Shown one piece after another: positions 11,701 through 25,083 of a DNA stretch of 64,000 bases. The notes beneath the pieces were generated by a model that was not told the DNA's origin, did no database searches, and saw only the letters and a list, made by a program, of their open reading frames with translations. How positions within the stretch are numbered: position 1 is the stretch's first letter; the number at the start of each line of letters is the position of its first letter. The stretch lies in contig CBFFRQ010000092.1 in NCBI GenBank assembly GCA_965644315.1, positions 62,001 through 126,000 on the forward strand, in the 5' to 3' direction. The position numbers and the translations under genes were made by a program. The DNA comes from Caecitellus pseudoparvulus (Eukaryota > Protista > Bigyra: Bicosoecida).

Positions 11701-14700
11701 GGCTGCGGGGGGCGACGCTGCAGGCGACGCCCAGCAGCTCACCCCCAGTGCAGACGCATCGACGCAGTCGAAGGCTGGCCACACCCTTGCCATTGTGCAG
11801 GCAAGCTTGGGCCACGTGCACCTGAGCGTCTCCGGGGTGAGCAAAATTATCAATGCGGAGGCAGAGGCCGTGCCTGCGGAGCCCTGGATGCGCGGTGCCG
11901 TCCCCGACTGCATTGCGCTGCACGTTGGTCGCCTGTCCACGCATGCTGAGGTGAACGTTGGCAGTGCAGCCGTGCAGTCCAAGCTGCGGTCTCTGCATGT
12001 CGTGGACACGCTGACGGGCACAGCGGAAGAGCAAGCAGTTATGCTCACATCCACTCCAGAGTGGACTGCGAGCAAGACGCTGGACTGGCTCGCGGGTGGA
12101 GCTGGTGACGAGGAAGGCGTACAGGAGCTGATTTCTGTGAACGCCACGCTGCCACTTGGCGCCAAGCCTTCGCAGAGCGAGGTGCTCAGCCAAGTGCTGG
12201 CTGCGGATGTGCGAGCAACTTGCCTTCACTTCCTGTTCAACCCCCACTCTCTGCAAGCGCTGGCCCAGGTGCTGGGGGAGGTGAAGGGAGTGCGGAAGGC
12301 GCAGGGCTCCCTGGTGGAGTCTCCAGCGCCCCTGGACAGCGACCTGCTCCAGACGCCCAGCACCGTGTGGACTGAGCACTCTGATGGCTGCACCTCGGCA
12401 GAGCCGAGAGCCCCTGCATTTGACTGGGCCACAGCTGTGCAGAGCATGCAGCTGAAACTACACCTGGACACGATGTCCGTTTCCCTGTGGCGTCCTGAGA
12501 CGAAGTACACACCCGCAACCATTTCTGCGAGGGGGCTGGGGGTAAGCGTCGACTCTTTCGAGGCCACAGGCGGAGGCGCGCCTTCCGGGCGCATCCAAGG
12601 CAGTCTGAGTGATCTCGAGGTGACGGAGGGGAGCCCCCTGCCGTCAGCCTACCCTACACTGCTGCGCAGACAGAGCAGTGAAGAGACGGACGTCCTGCTC
12701 TCCTTTGACATCATCACCTGCTCCAACGACGCTGATGCAGAACTTGCGGCGCACGATGCTCGCGTGTCCGCCACGCTGCACCCGCTTCAGGTTGTGTACG
12801 TGCATGAAGCCTGGATGGACGTCGTGCAGTATGCGACGTCGACAATGCTCCCCACGATTAACTCGCTGACCGCTGCAGCCCCAATCAGCGAGCTGGGCAC
12901 GGACCCCGTGGCTGCCTTCTACAAAGGCCAGCAAGGTGGAAGCCACGTGGTTCGCACAGGCCCTGCCCAGCGCAGCGTCCTGGACATCCAAGTGGAGGCG
13001 CCAGTCATCGTCGTCCCACAGGGCAGGCAGGACGCCCCTGCCCTCGTCATCAGCCTTGAGAGCGTAAGTGTTTCCACGGCAGAGTTTCGACGCCAGGCTC
13101 TCGTCGGCGCAGGCAGCGGTTCGTGCGTCGTGGACAAGGAGGTCTTGCGAGTGTCCCTGCACGAGGTGCGCCTGGCGCAGACCTTCATGCCAGGCTCACC
13201 AACCACTGGCCCAGTGCCTTGGGCAGCGCTGACCACCTCCGCTGCATCAGCCACGCCCCTGGGGGAGCCCATGGAGGTTGTCAACGTGCAAGTTGAGCGC
13301 CCGCTTGTGGAGGCGCTCTTCCCTGCACTGCCCGCACTGGACGTGCAGGTGGACCTGTCGGCAGCCCGCCTTGCGCTGGACAAGCCCCAATTTGATAGCA
13401 TTAACCTCCTTCTGAAGCGAAACCTGGGCGACACAGCACGCTCAGCATCCCAGCTGTTGCGGGAGGCAGACTTCGAGAGCTGGGAAGCAGCGCGCCTTCG
13501 TGCGCAGGAGCGAGCAGGGCAAGGCAGGGACTCCCTTCGCATCCGCCTTCGAGCCGACGCTGGCATTTGCTTGGAGTTGAGGGATGACAGGGTTGGTTTT
13601 GCCCGCGTGGAGCTGCCGAGCTTGAAGCTTGGCATGCTGTCCTTGCCGGCACGGTTCGCAGGCGAGGCCGCAGCAGACTTCGGGGATGGCGCATTGACTT
13701 GCATGGCAGTGACGCTGGGAGAGCTGCAACTGGTGGACCCGAGTCTGCCTGCTGATGGCGCTTTCCAGCGTGTAGCTGCGCTGCAAGGGTCGGCATCCCG
13801 CCAGCCCGCCCACTCGATCCAGGCTCTGGCAGAAGAGAGCATACTGGGGGAAGATGATCCCATTCACATCACCTTGCAGCAGGGCAGTTGTGGTATGCAG
13901 TTGGGGGTGCAAGTTGCCGATGTAGCGGTGGCGTTGCTGCCCGCCTTCCTCAGCAAACTCGCCGCATTCGTCGCCCCTCCGGACACAGGAGCTCCAAGCC
14001 CGGGCAAAGATCAGAAGCCTGCCACTGACACGTTCATGCGTGTGAATGTCGATTTGGGGGCCGCGAACGCCATTCTCCCGTCTTGGGCGAATCGCCCAGA
14101 CATGGACACGGACACCCTCTCGCGGGTGCTGCAGGATACGTGGGACATGCACATTGCTACCCAGGGTTCCTTGCAGCTGCGTGCCGAAGGGAGCACGACT
14201 GATTTGAGTGTGATGCTGGATCCCACTGGGGCATGGTGTGTTCCAAGGCACGCCTCGCACTACATCATGAAGCATACGCAAGAGACTGATGGAGCCAGCA
14301 CGGCACCCATTGAGGTGCTGCATCCGACTCGACTTGCCGTGCAGCTGAGCATGGTGGCGGGGAGTGCCACAGGCCCTGCGCAGCACAGCCTGGATCTCGA
14401 CCTTGGCCGGCTTCACTTGACAGCCTCACCCATTGTGGCGCACGTGCTGCGCCTCTCCTCGGTCTTCGTTTTGAACTCGTCCACTTTAGAATCCCCTGCC
14501 GATGCGAAGGAGTCGGTAGCAGACGAAGTATCCTGGAGCATCAAGGCTAAGTGGCCCGGCGCCCAGCTGGATGCAGTTGCATGGGAACCGTCAGATGGGG
14601 AGGACTTTGCTGCGTCAGCTGAGTTGCCCCAAGTGGCTCAGGCCGCCATTCTGCCCAGCTCGTGCCGCCCGGGTACCAAGGCTTTCCCCGTGGGTCAGGT

Positions 14701-17700
14701 GCTGCTGGCGCCAGATCAAAGCGGCGAGGCCGCTGAAGGGCACTGCTTGTCCCTGAAGTACAACACGGGCACGGGGGCTGTTGAGTTCGCGACTGGAGTT
14801 CGGCTGGATGTGAAAGCAGCACTCGCGTCCGGGGTCATCGAGTCCGTGCTGCTTGAACCTTGGCACTTTGAGGCCGATGTATCCAGCACTCTGTCTGACG
14901 GCGAAGCACACACCACCGCTCAGCTGAAAGCGCTGAACGCTTTGAAAGTGCAGGTGGACAACCAGCACGCCACGCAAGCGGGGCGCGCGAGCGTGCTTTG
15001 GGGAGCCTTTTCGGAGCACTGGAATGGCAAGTTGCCTGCTGCAGCAGCAAAGGGCGCTGCCACGACACCCGCTGAGGAAGGCGAGGCCCCCACCATGCGC
15101 GGGTCAACCAGCGCTACTTTCCACATGCCCGGCATTGAGGCGAAGCTTCTGAGTCGGTTCCTCGTGAACGAGTACGAAGTCAGCACACTGAGCTCGCCAG
15201 TGGCTATCGCCAGCGTGGCGGTTCCTGAAGTCAGCGCAAACATGCAAGTCAGCGCATCCGGCACCGAGTTTTCACTTGAAGCCGGGGGCGTCCAAGTTCA
15301 AGGCCAGGGTGCTGGGGCAGGAGGGGAGGACGTACTGTTCAGCAGCGTTCCCAGCACTGTGCATGACTGGATGGGTGCGTGGCTGCCCGCGCCGGCCCTC
15401 GGAAGCGCACATGGCGTGTCGGCCAAGTACTCTGCGCCAGCCCAGGGTCCAGCTCGAACATCCGTTCAGTTGCCGGCTGCGGTGGTGAATTGGTCCCCCG
15501 TCCTGGTGGACAACGTCCGCTTCTTCGTCGTGCAGGCGCTGAAACAAGGCCTAGAAGCCTCCCTTGGTCCAGGAACGGCGCAGGGAGGCACCTCTGAGCA
15601 CCTTGCACTGGACGACGCAGAACAAGTAGTCCATGCGGTGCACGCCGGTGAGAGCTCCTCTTCCAATCCCATCTTGCGGCTGGCTGGGTTGCCGGAGCAG
15701 TTGCGCAGCTTCCAAGCCAAGCAGCCAAAGCAGGGCGCTCCGGCGACCGACACCTCGTCCATGCCGGGTCTCTCTGAGGCAGACGTCAAGGAGCGCATTC
15801 TGTCTGCTATGCACCATGCCTACGAGCTGCTGGGTGGTGCCAGCGACCTGCTGAGTGTCTCTCTGCCGGCGCTGCAGGTTGCTATGCTTCGGGCAGGCGT
15901 GGACACGGACAGTGCCGCAGCAGACGAGTCACAACGCTTCCCAGCGTGCGAAGCAGTGCTCCGTATCAATGGAACTGACGTCTCTGTCGGTACAGCTGCA
16001 GATGGCAGGGGAATCATGCACGCAAGGGTGTCAGAGGTGTCGCTTTGGGACACCAGCGGCGTGTTCCACGCGGGAACGACTCCCCTGCTGCACTCGGACG
16101 CGGTGCACAGCGACGGTGACGTCATCTGCATCTGCACCGAAAGCTTCCCCCAATCTCACCCTGAATTCGTCAGTGCATCGTCACGCGTGTGGATTGCCGT
16201 GGCGCCGATGCCGATCGTGTTCACGCAAGGCGCCTTCATGCGCGTGTTGCAGTACGCAACGGAAGGGGTGTTGCCAGCCCTCTCACTGGACCTTGCACTT
16301 GAAGTGGACGACTCCAGCGCAGCATCCTTGAAGTCTGCCGTGTTCAGCCGCACCCTGCTGAACATCCACGTGGCCTCTCCGCGGCTGCTCCTGCCCCTGC
16401 ACCCAGACCGCATCGGCGGGGAGGTGCCTGTGGAGAATCACCCCCACCTCTCCGTGACTCTGGGTGGTATCGTAGTTCGCAACTCCCTTGCAGCCATGAA
16501 TGCCTCCCGAGCCACCTCTGATTGCCTCGTTGACACGATGCACGTCAGCGTTAGCGGATTGTCCTTGGAGCAGAGCACCGGACAGCAGATCCTGCAACTG
16601 CCGCAGCTGGACTTGTCCATGGACCGCATGGCTGGATCACTCAGCCCTGAGCTGGATGCCCATGGTGCCTGCGCGTCCACTGATACGTTGCCAAGCATTC
16701 TGAGCGCGCTGCCGCAGTTTGAAGGCGACTGGGGCACCGGGTTTGACGTGCAGCTTGCAGCCGCACTGCCGGAAGCAGTGGCAGTGCACGTAACTCCTGG
16801 GGCAGTCGCGAACCTGCTCCTCCTCGTGACAAACAATCTTGGGAACAGTGGTGCAGCCCAAGCTTCAAGTCGCCAGGAGGTGGCGCTTGCACAGGGCGGA
16901 ACGTTGGTCCCCCACCCGCACAGCGGCGCTTTGCCAGGTTCCACCCGCATTTCCTTCTCTGCAGCAGGGCTGTCTCTGTCCCTGGCCCGGGATACACCGG
17001 ATTCCCTGTGCAGCCAAGTGGAGGTGAAGCAGTTGCTGCTGCAACTATGCACGGCAGCCGTGGAGGCAGCTGGGCCAACCCCGAGGCTGTCCCTACTCTC
17101 ACTGCGGTCCAGCATCCGCACCGTGGAAGTGGGGAGTGCTGCAGTGGCAGGTGGGGTCCTGCACAAGGTGCTGTATGGCTCGAGTAGCAAGGCAGACGCC
17201 GCGCACCAAGCCATGCTCGCCGCCGACCTGGATGTGGTGTCCGGTCTGAGCGCCGGGAGCGGCAAGTACGTGTCCCTGTCCAGCAGCCTGCAGGACTTGG
17301 CCGTCGTGGCAGCAATGCGGTGCTGGGCCAACGCCCTGAACGTCGTCGTGGACGGCATGGGGGACCAGAGTGTCACGGAGAGCCTGCCTCGCTTCATCTC
17401 CGTCGCCCCCTCCCAAGCCGAACCCCTGCACACCACCGCAGCCATCGCCCTCTCCGCCGCCCTCCTCGTACCTTTCAAGCAAGTCGACGAAGGCGAGGAC
17501 GTCAGCTGGACTGCCAGCCAGCGTGACAACCTCTCCTTGCAAGTGGACGCCAGTGCAACTGCCGACATCGCGCTGCACCTCCGTGGCATGAGCATGCGCA
17601 CCTTCCCCCTCCTGAGCACCATGCGCAGTGCCTCTGTCGGGCAGCAGGCAGCAGTGGCTAGGGCAAACGCAGCAGGTCTCCCTGTGCCCTCCCTGCTTCC

Positions 17701-20700
17701 TGACTATGTCATCTTGCAGCACAGGCAGTCCACCGTGCAAAGCGATGGAGTGCAAGTTTCAGCGTTCATGCAGCGTGTGGGAGGCACAGCTGTTCCCTTG
17801 CTGCACCCTACACGGTTCAGAGCCGAGGTTGGCGCTGACAGCTGGCTCTTTGCGCCGGCACAGCACAGGCTTGAGGCCCAGCGCGTGTACGGCCCACCCC
17901 CGTCCACGATTGTTCGAAGGCGCCGAGAAGCTGGCGCGCAGGCGCGTGGTCTGCGCCAGCACGAGTGGAAGCGCTGGGCGCAGGGGCTCACGCACAGCTC
18001 GGGCGTGGCAGCCAGCGAGGCAGCGGTCTCCTCTGCGGCGGCCATGACGTCCTGGCTTAGTGCCTCTCGCCTGCCTTCCGCTCGCACGACGTTTACGCTG
18101 GCAGCCCAGGAAGGCAGTGCCGTGGTGCAGATTGGCTTCCGTGACATTGTGAGCCTGACAGATGCAGCAGGTTCCCTGTCTGAGAGCATGGCCGCATTTC
18201 AGCGCGGAGCTGCGGAGGCAGGAGCGGAGGTGCAAGCGTCGCCCACCAGCGCGGACAGCCCGGGGCCCGAGTCTCCCGGCCAGCTTGCCATTCCTCCAGA
18301 AATGGCGTTTGGTTCTGTGCCGGCGCACATTGATGATTACAGCCTGCACGTGCAGCACGATGCTTTTGATGAGCTGCGTGTGCGAGCAGTGCCGCACCTC
18401 GCCGAGGTGGGGGTGCTGGAGCATGCAAGCTCACGCACGGCGCCACGTGATGGGCTGCTTGGCCTCATGGGCCTGGTGGCTGAGTCTGACTACGTCGTGG
18501 CTGTGGACGAAGCAGCCCCGGCGTTCGACATGGCGCCCCCTGACGCGGCAGTGCACACCATCCACCTTCGCAGTCAGCCGATGACCGGGCACGTCTCCTT
18601 TGGACAGGGTCTGAGACTGCTCCTAGTCAACGATGTCGGGGGCGGCAATGGCTTCTTGATGGGCGTGACGCTGCCTGTGCTGTCAGCGGACGTGCACGGG
18701 AACCTGGCAACGCTGCCGGCTTCGGCTTCAGGCACGGCGCTGTCCCTGCTTGACACGGACAGCCTCTTGCTGGGCCAGCCTGTCGGCGCTGGCTTCGCAG
18801 CGGGGACAGTGGGTTTCGCCGTGCCTCCCGGCTCGCTGCTTCCCGCTCCCCAAATTCGCCCTGGCTTGCTGTCCATCTTCTGCTCGGCAGATTTGGAAGT
18901 TGCGGTGGACGTCTTCAACGCCGCCTCGGGTGCATGGGAGCCTTTCCTGCAATGCCTCGGCCTGCACGCTCAGTTCTCAGCGCTGGATCTGTTCGTGCCG
19001 GGTGGCACTGCAGGCGAGGATCACCTGGGGAGGCGGGCGCCGCTTCGCCAGGCTTTCCTGGAGAGTCGCCAGCCGGGCGATGTGGGCATCACCCGTGGCT
19101 TCGTGCCTGTGGGATTCGGGCCCGGATCAGGCAGGCTGGAGATCACGGCTTCCTTTTCCACGTTTGAGCGCTGCCTGGGAGTCATGCATGCGTGGGAGGC
19201 GGCACAGGCGCAACGGGCACAGCAGGGGGCCGCATCCGGCCCAGGTGGGGGCTCCACAGCCCTTCGCTTTGCATCCCAGTTCGTCATTCGTAACGACTGC
19301 GGTGCCGCCGTCAAGTTCGTGCCGTCTCACCTTCAAGATGCGCTGGTGGCGGAAATCGCCGACCCAGATGCGGCGTGGGACAGGGCGGCTGGCAGGGGTG
19401 GTGGCGGGTTTGACGCTGCAGCTGGCATTCTCCTGCTCCCAGGCCAAGAGGCACCTCTCTCTTTCCCTGTGCCAGAAGGCATGCTGGACGCAAGGCGCGC
19501 CCTGTCCAGCCACGACGCAAGCAGGGAGAGTCCAAAGCACGTGCAAGTGTGGGTGCAGGGCTGTGCGTTGCCGCTGCAGCCTGCCGACGTGCAGCGAGCT
19601 GGTGTCCTGCGCAACTCAATGCGCCTTACAGCCAGCCGGTCTGGTGAGAGCGCAGCTGCCGTTCCACTGTCCACTCAGGTGAAGGTTGTGGATGGCACGA
19701 CGGTGCTGACGGTGCGTTCCCGGGTTGCGGTGCACAACCACACCCATTTGGAGTGCGAGGTGCTGGTGCCTGGGCGTGCAGTGGGAGACGACCCAGTGTT
19801 GGTGGGGGTGGTGCAGGCACACGCTGCGTTTGCCTTGCCGCCAGAACACAGCACAGCCAGTGTGCTGCACCTGCGCCCAGTGCGCTACCGCACCGACGAC
19901 GATGAGGAGCTCCCCCTGCGCCACACTGCGTTTGACAGCATTAGCCTCCGCACCAACCAAGAACATGAAGTGCTCGCCCGTTGCCAGGGTGGGGACGGCG
20001 CCAACGCGCTGCCCTACAATCTTGTGTTGTGGTCTCGGCTGTACACGCGTCTGGACGGCGCGTACAAAGTGCTGTCCTTGAGGCCCCCCGCTGAAGTCAC
20101 CAATGGCTTGCCTCGCAGCGTGGCTGTGCGAGTGGTTCAGGGAGGGCACCCTGTCGCGCTGCCGTTGGAGCCGGGCGCCTCCTGCCCCGTGTACGCTGCC
20201 AGCTGCCTCATGGACACGGCCATGTCCGTGGAGCTGGAAGGGTACGCGCCCAGCGCCCTGCCATCGCTGAAGGCCTTCATTTCGGAGGCCAAGTCTGACG
20301 GGGGCAAGTCCATGTCTGAGACGCGACTTCGCCTCGCACAGCAACTGGCGGATGGGCGCTCCAGCTCCACGCGGGACGGTGCGCTGTACTGCTCTGTGGA
20401 GTACTCGGCCCACTTCGCTGTGCAGGCTGCCGGGCAGAAGGCCAGCAACCGCACCTCTCTTCCCCGTGTCTCCATGGTGCTCTTTGCCTCTCACTGGCTG
20501 GTGGACAACAGTGGTTTTGGGCTGTCGTACGGGCTGGCGGGTGCGACAGGTAAAGTGAAGGCAGCGGAGACTGGGCAGGTGGTGGAGGAGCTGTTTGAGC
20601 AGCAGCGCTGCTTCAACTTTTTCTCTGGCAAGTACGAGACCCAGCACTGGCTTGCCCCCCACGGGCAGCCCAGCAGCAAGGCCGAGGTTGAGGCGAGGCT

Positions 20701-23700
20701 GCCAGCTGGGTGGAGCTGGACTGGGCCGTGGGTCGTGCACGTGGGAGAGGGGCTGGGGCCTGAAGGCTTCGACTATGCCTTCGACTACCCTGAGTTCAAG
20801 CGAACTGGCCGCACGCCCCAAGGTAAGAAGGGCGCGAATTCCTGGGTGCGCCAGCGCAAGTGGCTGCGCACGAGAGTCAAGACAGCGCCCGCCGCTCCCG
20901 CCACGCCGGGGGTGGATGACTTGGGCACTGCCAGCTCCGATCCAGATGCCGTGACCATGGTGCATCTGACTGACAAGTACAGCGCGCTGCAAGTGCGGCA
21001 TGGCACGGGCACGTGGTGCACAGGGACGGACCTGACCAGCCTCATGGGCGCTGCCAACCTGGTCGTGCCAGTCGACAGCGGCATGCTGGCCCAGCTGTCT
21101 TCCCCGGGCCAAACCCGCCGTGGGCGCTCAGGCACGCTGCAGCCTGCGTCGGCCGGGCAGTCCACTGCATCGCTGTCCGCAGAGGGCCAACTGCCCCATG
21201 CGCTAAACTTGGTCTCCTGGCAACGCCCGGCAGCGGCCCCATTCCATCGCAGCAAGGTGGTCACCATCTCCCCTGCGCTGTGGATTGTGAACGCATGCCC
21301 GTCCCATCTGAAGTGGTGCTACACGCCCATCAAGCGCCGCAGCAAGCCCGAGCGCATTTTCGACGTCAACCCAGGGGAAGCGGTCCCCATGCACATGGAC
21401 ATTTCGGACCGCCTGGCCTCCGACTGCCTGCCGTACATTTCTGTGTGCCCGGACATTGCCATGGGCAGCTGGTCCTGCCCCTTCCCAGTGGGCATGCAGG
21501 AGGAGTTGCCCATCACCGTGCCCATCGTGGACGCGGGGTCCACGCGCACCCCCGCAGGGGTGCTGCCTGCCGGCCACATTGTGCTGGGGGCCTCCTGTAA
21601 GCCACACGACACCATCCCTAACTCGTACGTCCTGGTCATCACGCAGTGCACGCAGTTCCCTCAGTGTGCCGCGCCGAACAGCACCGCCCAAGCCCGCCCC
21701 ACGTCCACTGTGCCCCCCCTGAGCCAAGAGGAGGCGGATGCGGCGCTGGAGGAGGGCGTGCCCGCTGTCGTCCCTGCCACAATGACCATTCGCAACACGA
21801 CTGATGCGGTGCTCTTGTACAAGCAAGTGGGTGCCGTGCGGGTCTCTGACGAAGGCCGCAGGGTGCCAGCGGCGTATTACGCGGCGTTGCCAGGGGAGGT
21901 CGCCGCCGTCGGCTGGGAGCAGCTGCACAGTGAAGCTACACAGGAGTTCGGCATGCGCTTCGTGTCTGCAGAAGCCTGGGACGCCGCTGGAGCGCAGAGC
22001 CCGTGTGCCGAGCTGCCCCCCCGTGCCCTGTCGGCTGAGATGCAAGTCGCGCCTGACCGCCTCGGGCAGCGCGCCGTCGTGACGGTGCCTGGCGCCACCC
22101 GTTCTTCGCCTGCCCAGCGCCTCGCAGTGTCTGTGAAGGTGGCAGCCCGCACCGTGGAGTTGCTGGCGCATGATGCAGATGAGACTGCACTTGCAGTCGG
22201 CAGTGGCGCGGCGACGGGCAGCGGTGCGGCGGCGTCTGTGGACTCGGCGGCTTCAGGCAGCCAAGATGTGCTGGAGAATGCCTATGAGCGTGACGGTGCC
22301 AGCTTGCTGGGGCAGGCAGCCTTCGCGCATGCGGTGATGCACGGACAGTGGGGTGCACTGGCTGCGGACCAGATGTGGGATGATGTGCACTCGCTGTCCC
22401 TGGCTGGGCTCGGGTTGTCCCTCGTGGACTACCGCCCCTCTGAGACGCTGTACCTGTCCATGGACCACGTGCAGCTGCTGAGCAGCAAGGACCGAACAGC
22501 GTACCGGCTGTCCCTGAAGGTGCTGCACCTGCAGTTGGATGACATGGCCGCTGACTCATCGTACCCGTCTGTCGTGACCTCCCTCACAGCCGCGTCAGCT
22601 GCCATTCGTGAGCATGCCCAGTGCCAGAGCCTGGGGCGGGACACGTCCCCCTCACCGCAGGCGCTCGCAGAGACCATGGCCACGGCACTTAAGGCCGGGC
22701 TGTCCAGGGCCGCGTTGGAGCTCAGCGTCGTGCGTGTGCGACACCCACGCAAGATGCTGCTGAAGGGAGTCGCACTGCAGATCGCGCCCCTGCGCGTGGC
22801 TGCCTCGTACGCGCTGATCCTCTCCTCGCTCCTGCAGGGCGTGGTCGTGCAGCACTCGGTGCAGTCTGCAGCCATGGCGGCGGAGCTGCAAGCCAAGTTG
22901 CGGGGGGGTGCCGACCGCGTCGTGGCGGACTCCGTTGCCCGGGCGGTGCCGGCTGCCACGCTGGGCGACGCTGCCGGCACCGGCGGCACCGGCGCGGTAC
23001 CCCTCCGCCGCACCCTGGAGCTGCTGTTTCCCTCCAGCTCCCACCTGGACAGCATCCGAGACTCCACGCGAGCCTGGATGCTGGGTGGGGATGTGGACAT
23101 GCTGCAAGATGGGACGAGCGAGCCACCTGGAGCCCTGACCAGTGCCGGGGCGACCCTGTCCCACCTGGAGGTCGCAGAGGCCCTCGCCACCGCCCCCATC
23201 CTCGCAGCTGTTTCGGCCCTGTCCACTCGCCGAGGCACAGACCCTGCTGCGGTGCTGGCAGGGCTGCACGCAGCGTCGGCGGCAGCAGGCGGCACGCAGC
23301 CCATGGCGGCACTGGGCGTGCGCCTGGACCACTTGCTCAGTGGTGGGTCGGAGGGCAGCGTGCTTTCCGCAGTGCTGGCAGGCCGCATGCCCCTCTTCAT
23401 CGAGCGCCTGTCCATCCTGCCAGTGCAACTGCTCCTGTCGTACAAGTACGCTGGGCTGGGTGAGGGCATGTCGGCGCCACAGGAGGCGGTGCAGTCTGTG
23501 GATGCTGCGTTTCACCACACCGTCGGGCGGTATCTGCGCACGTCCCTGACGCTGAACGACGCACCAGTGGGCGTGCCTGCCTTCCAAGAAAACCACACGC
23601 TTCGCACACTTGGCGCGACGATGGGCAGGTGGGTGGAATTTGCGCGCGGTCACTCCATGTCCCCCGCTGCTCTGGCCGGCATCATCACTTCCAGCAACGC

Positions 23701-24673
23701 CTTTGGTCGCACTGGGGAGTACTTCCGACGTGCCACGAGTAACTTGGCCTCGGGGGATGCCCGCCTCTCCCACACACTGCGTCTGCTGAGCTTGGGTGCA
23801 GACGTTGCGGGGGGCACGCTGGACGTGGTGTCACGCGGCATCGCCTCCGCGACGGGGGACACCGCCTCCCTCGCAGCGACAGAGGCTGACCGCCAGCGCT
23901 TTGAGCAGGAAAACACAGGCGTGGGGGTGGTGAAAGACCTGGGCATGGGCATTTTCCGAGGCGTGGCAGGCGTGTTCACCAAGCCTGCCGAGGGGGCGGC
24001 ATCCGGGGGTGTGGCTGGCTTTGCGAAGGGTCTGGGGCAGGGGGTCCTGGGCCTGGCTGCCAGCCCACTCATGGGCATCAGCACAGCCACACGGCGCATC
24101 GCGTCCGGCGTCAACCGTGGCGTGGCCACTGACGCTGAGAAGATGACGATCTTCGCCCCCCTTGTGCGGCGGCGGGCCCGTCACGCGCCTTTGGGACCCC
24201 AGCGCCTACTGCGGCCGTACAACGCTCAGCAGGCGCTGATGGTGCAGGTGGCGCTGGGCATGCATGCCAAGGCCGGCACGGGGGACTTGCTGGTGGACTG
24301 CGCAGAGCTGTCCATTGAGCGAGACGGCAGCTCCACCCTGCTGCTCGTCACGACCTTGGGCATTGGCCTGGTCAAGCTGCAGCGGCAGGAGACGGGCGCC
24401 GCTCACCGCATGCTGCAGACCCTGGCGGGGCCCGCCTTCCCAGGCGACGTGCTCACCTTCCAGCGCTGGGAGCCTGGTGCGCAAGCCTTTGAGTGGGACA
24501 TTGCCCAGCCGTCGATGCTGATCCTGCACAGCCATGGTCAGGCTATGGCGCTGCAGATTGGAGATGCTGGCCTTGCAGAGTCTCTGCTGCCACGGGTTCA
24601 GGCTGCGCAGCTGCAGTCTGCAGCCTTTGTCTCCACTGTGCAGCTGGCAACCGGAGCGGGGGAGGCTGTGTAG
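8733..24673 (+). CDS. VPS13: VPS13-family bridge-like lipid transfer protein (~5270 aa), 3 exons
   Basis: Chorein_N start MLKGLLAQ|VLVGALGDYVEG..GTVDLHDLRVKEE|ALDGMEVPFRVKRGVIG (introns 8757-8826, 8938-9007); IVNNIRISVSRVHLRFED; VFNAASGAWEPFL; GLGLSLVD..ETLYLS; ATG2_C-like GVAGVFTKPAEGAASGGVAGFAKGLGQG. Confidence 0.93.
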
Positions 24674-25083
24674 AGATGGCTTAGAGGCGTCGCCCAGCTG
24701 GCAATGTCGGGGAGGCACCATTCAGGGATCTCAGGGATGTCCAGAAAGCGATTTCAGCACCCTCTTTGCTGAGATGCCAGACATCCGGTCGAGCGGAGCG
24801 GGGCAACATTGACATGCCTGACACCAAAATGCACCATAAGTGTTTCCCATGCACACCTGTGGCGTCACTGCACATCTGCGCATCAGTGTGCCTGGGGCCT
24901 TGTCTCCACTCCTGGCCGCCACAGGTGAGCATGCACCAGTGCAAGTGCGGAACTTGCACCCTCACACGTCAAGTGCGACAGCGCCTCCCCGCCACACCAA
25001 TGCACCTGCCCACTGCCACCATCCTGCAGTAGCCAGGAACACATCACTGACACCCCTGACCAGACCCCCTGTCACCCATCGCC

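Noticed and set aside
18340-18570. Possible degenerate PDZ domain in VPS13
   Set aside because: Only a faint DxVVAV pattern, with no GLGF-like loop; not supportable by eye.
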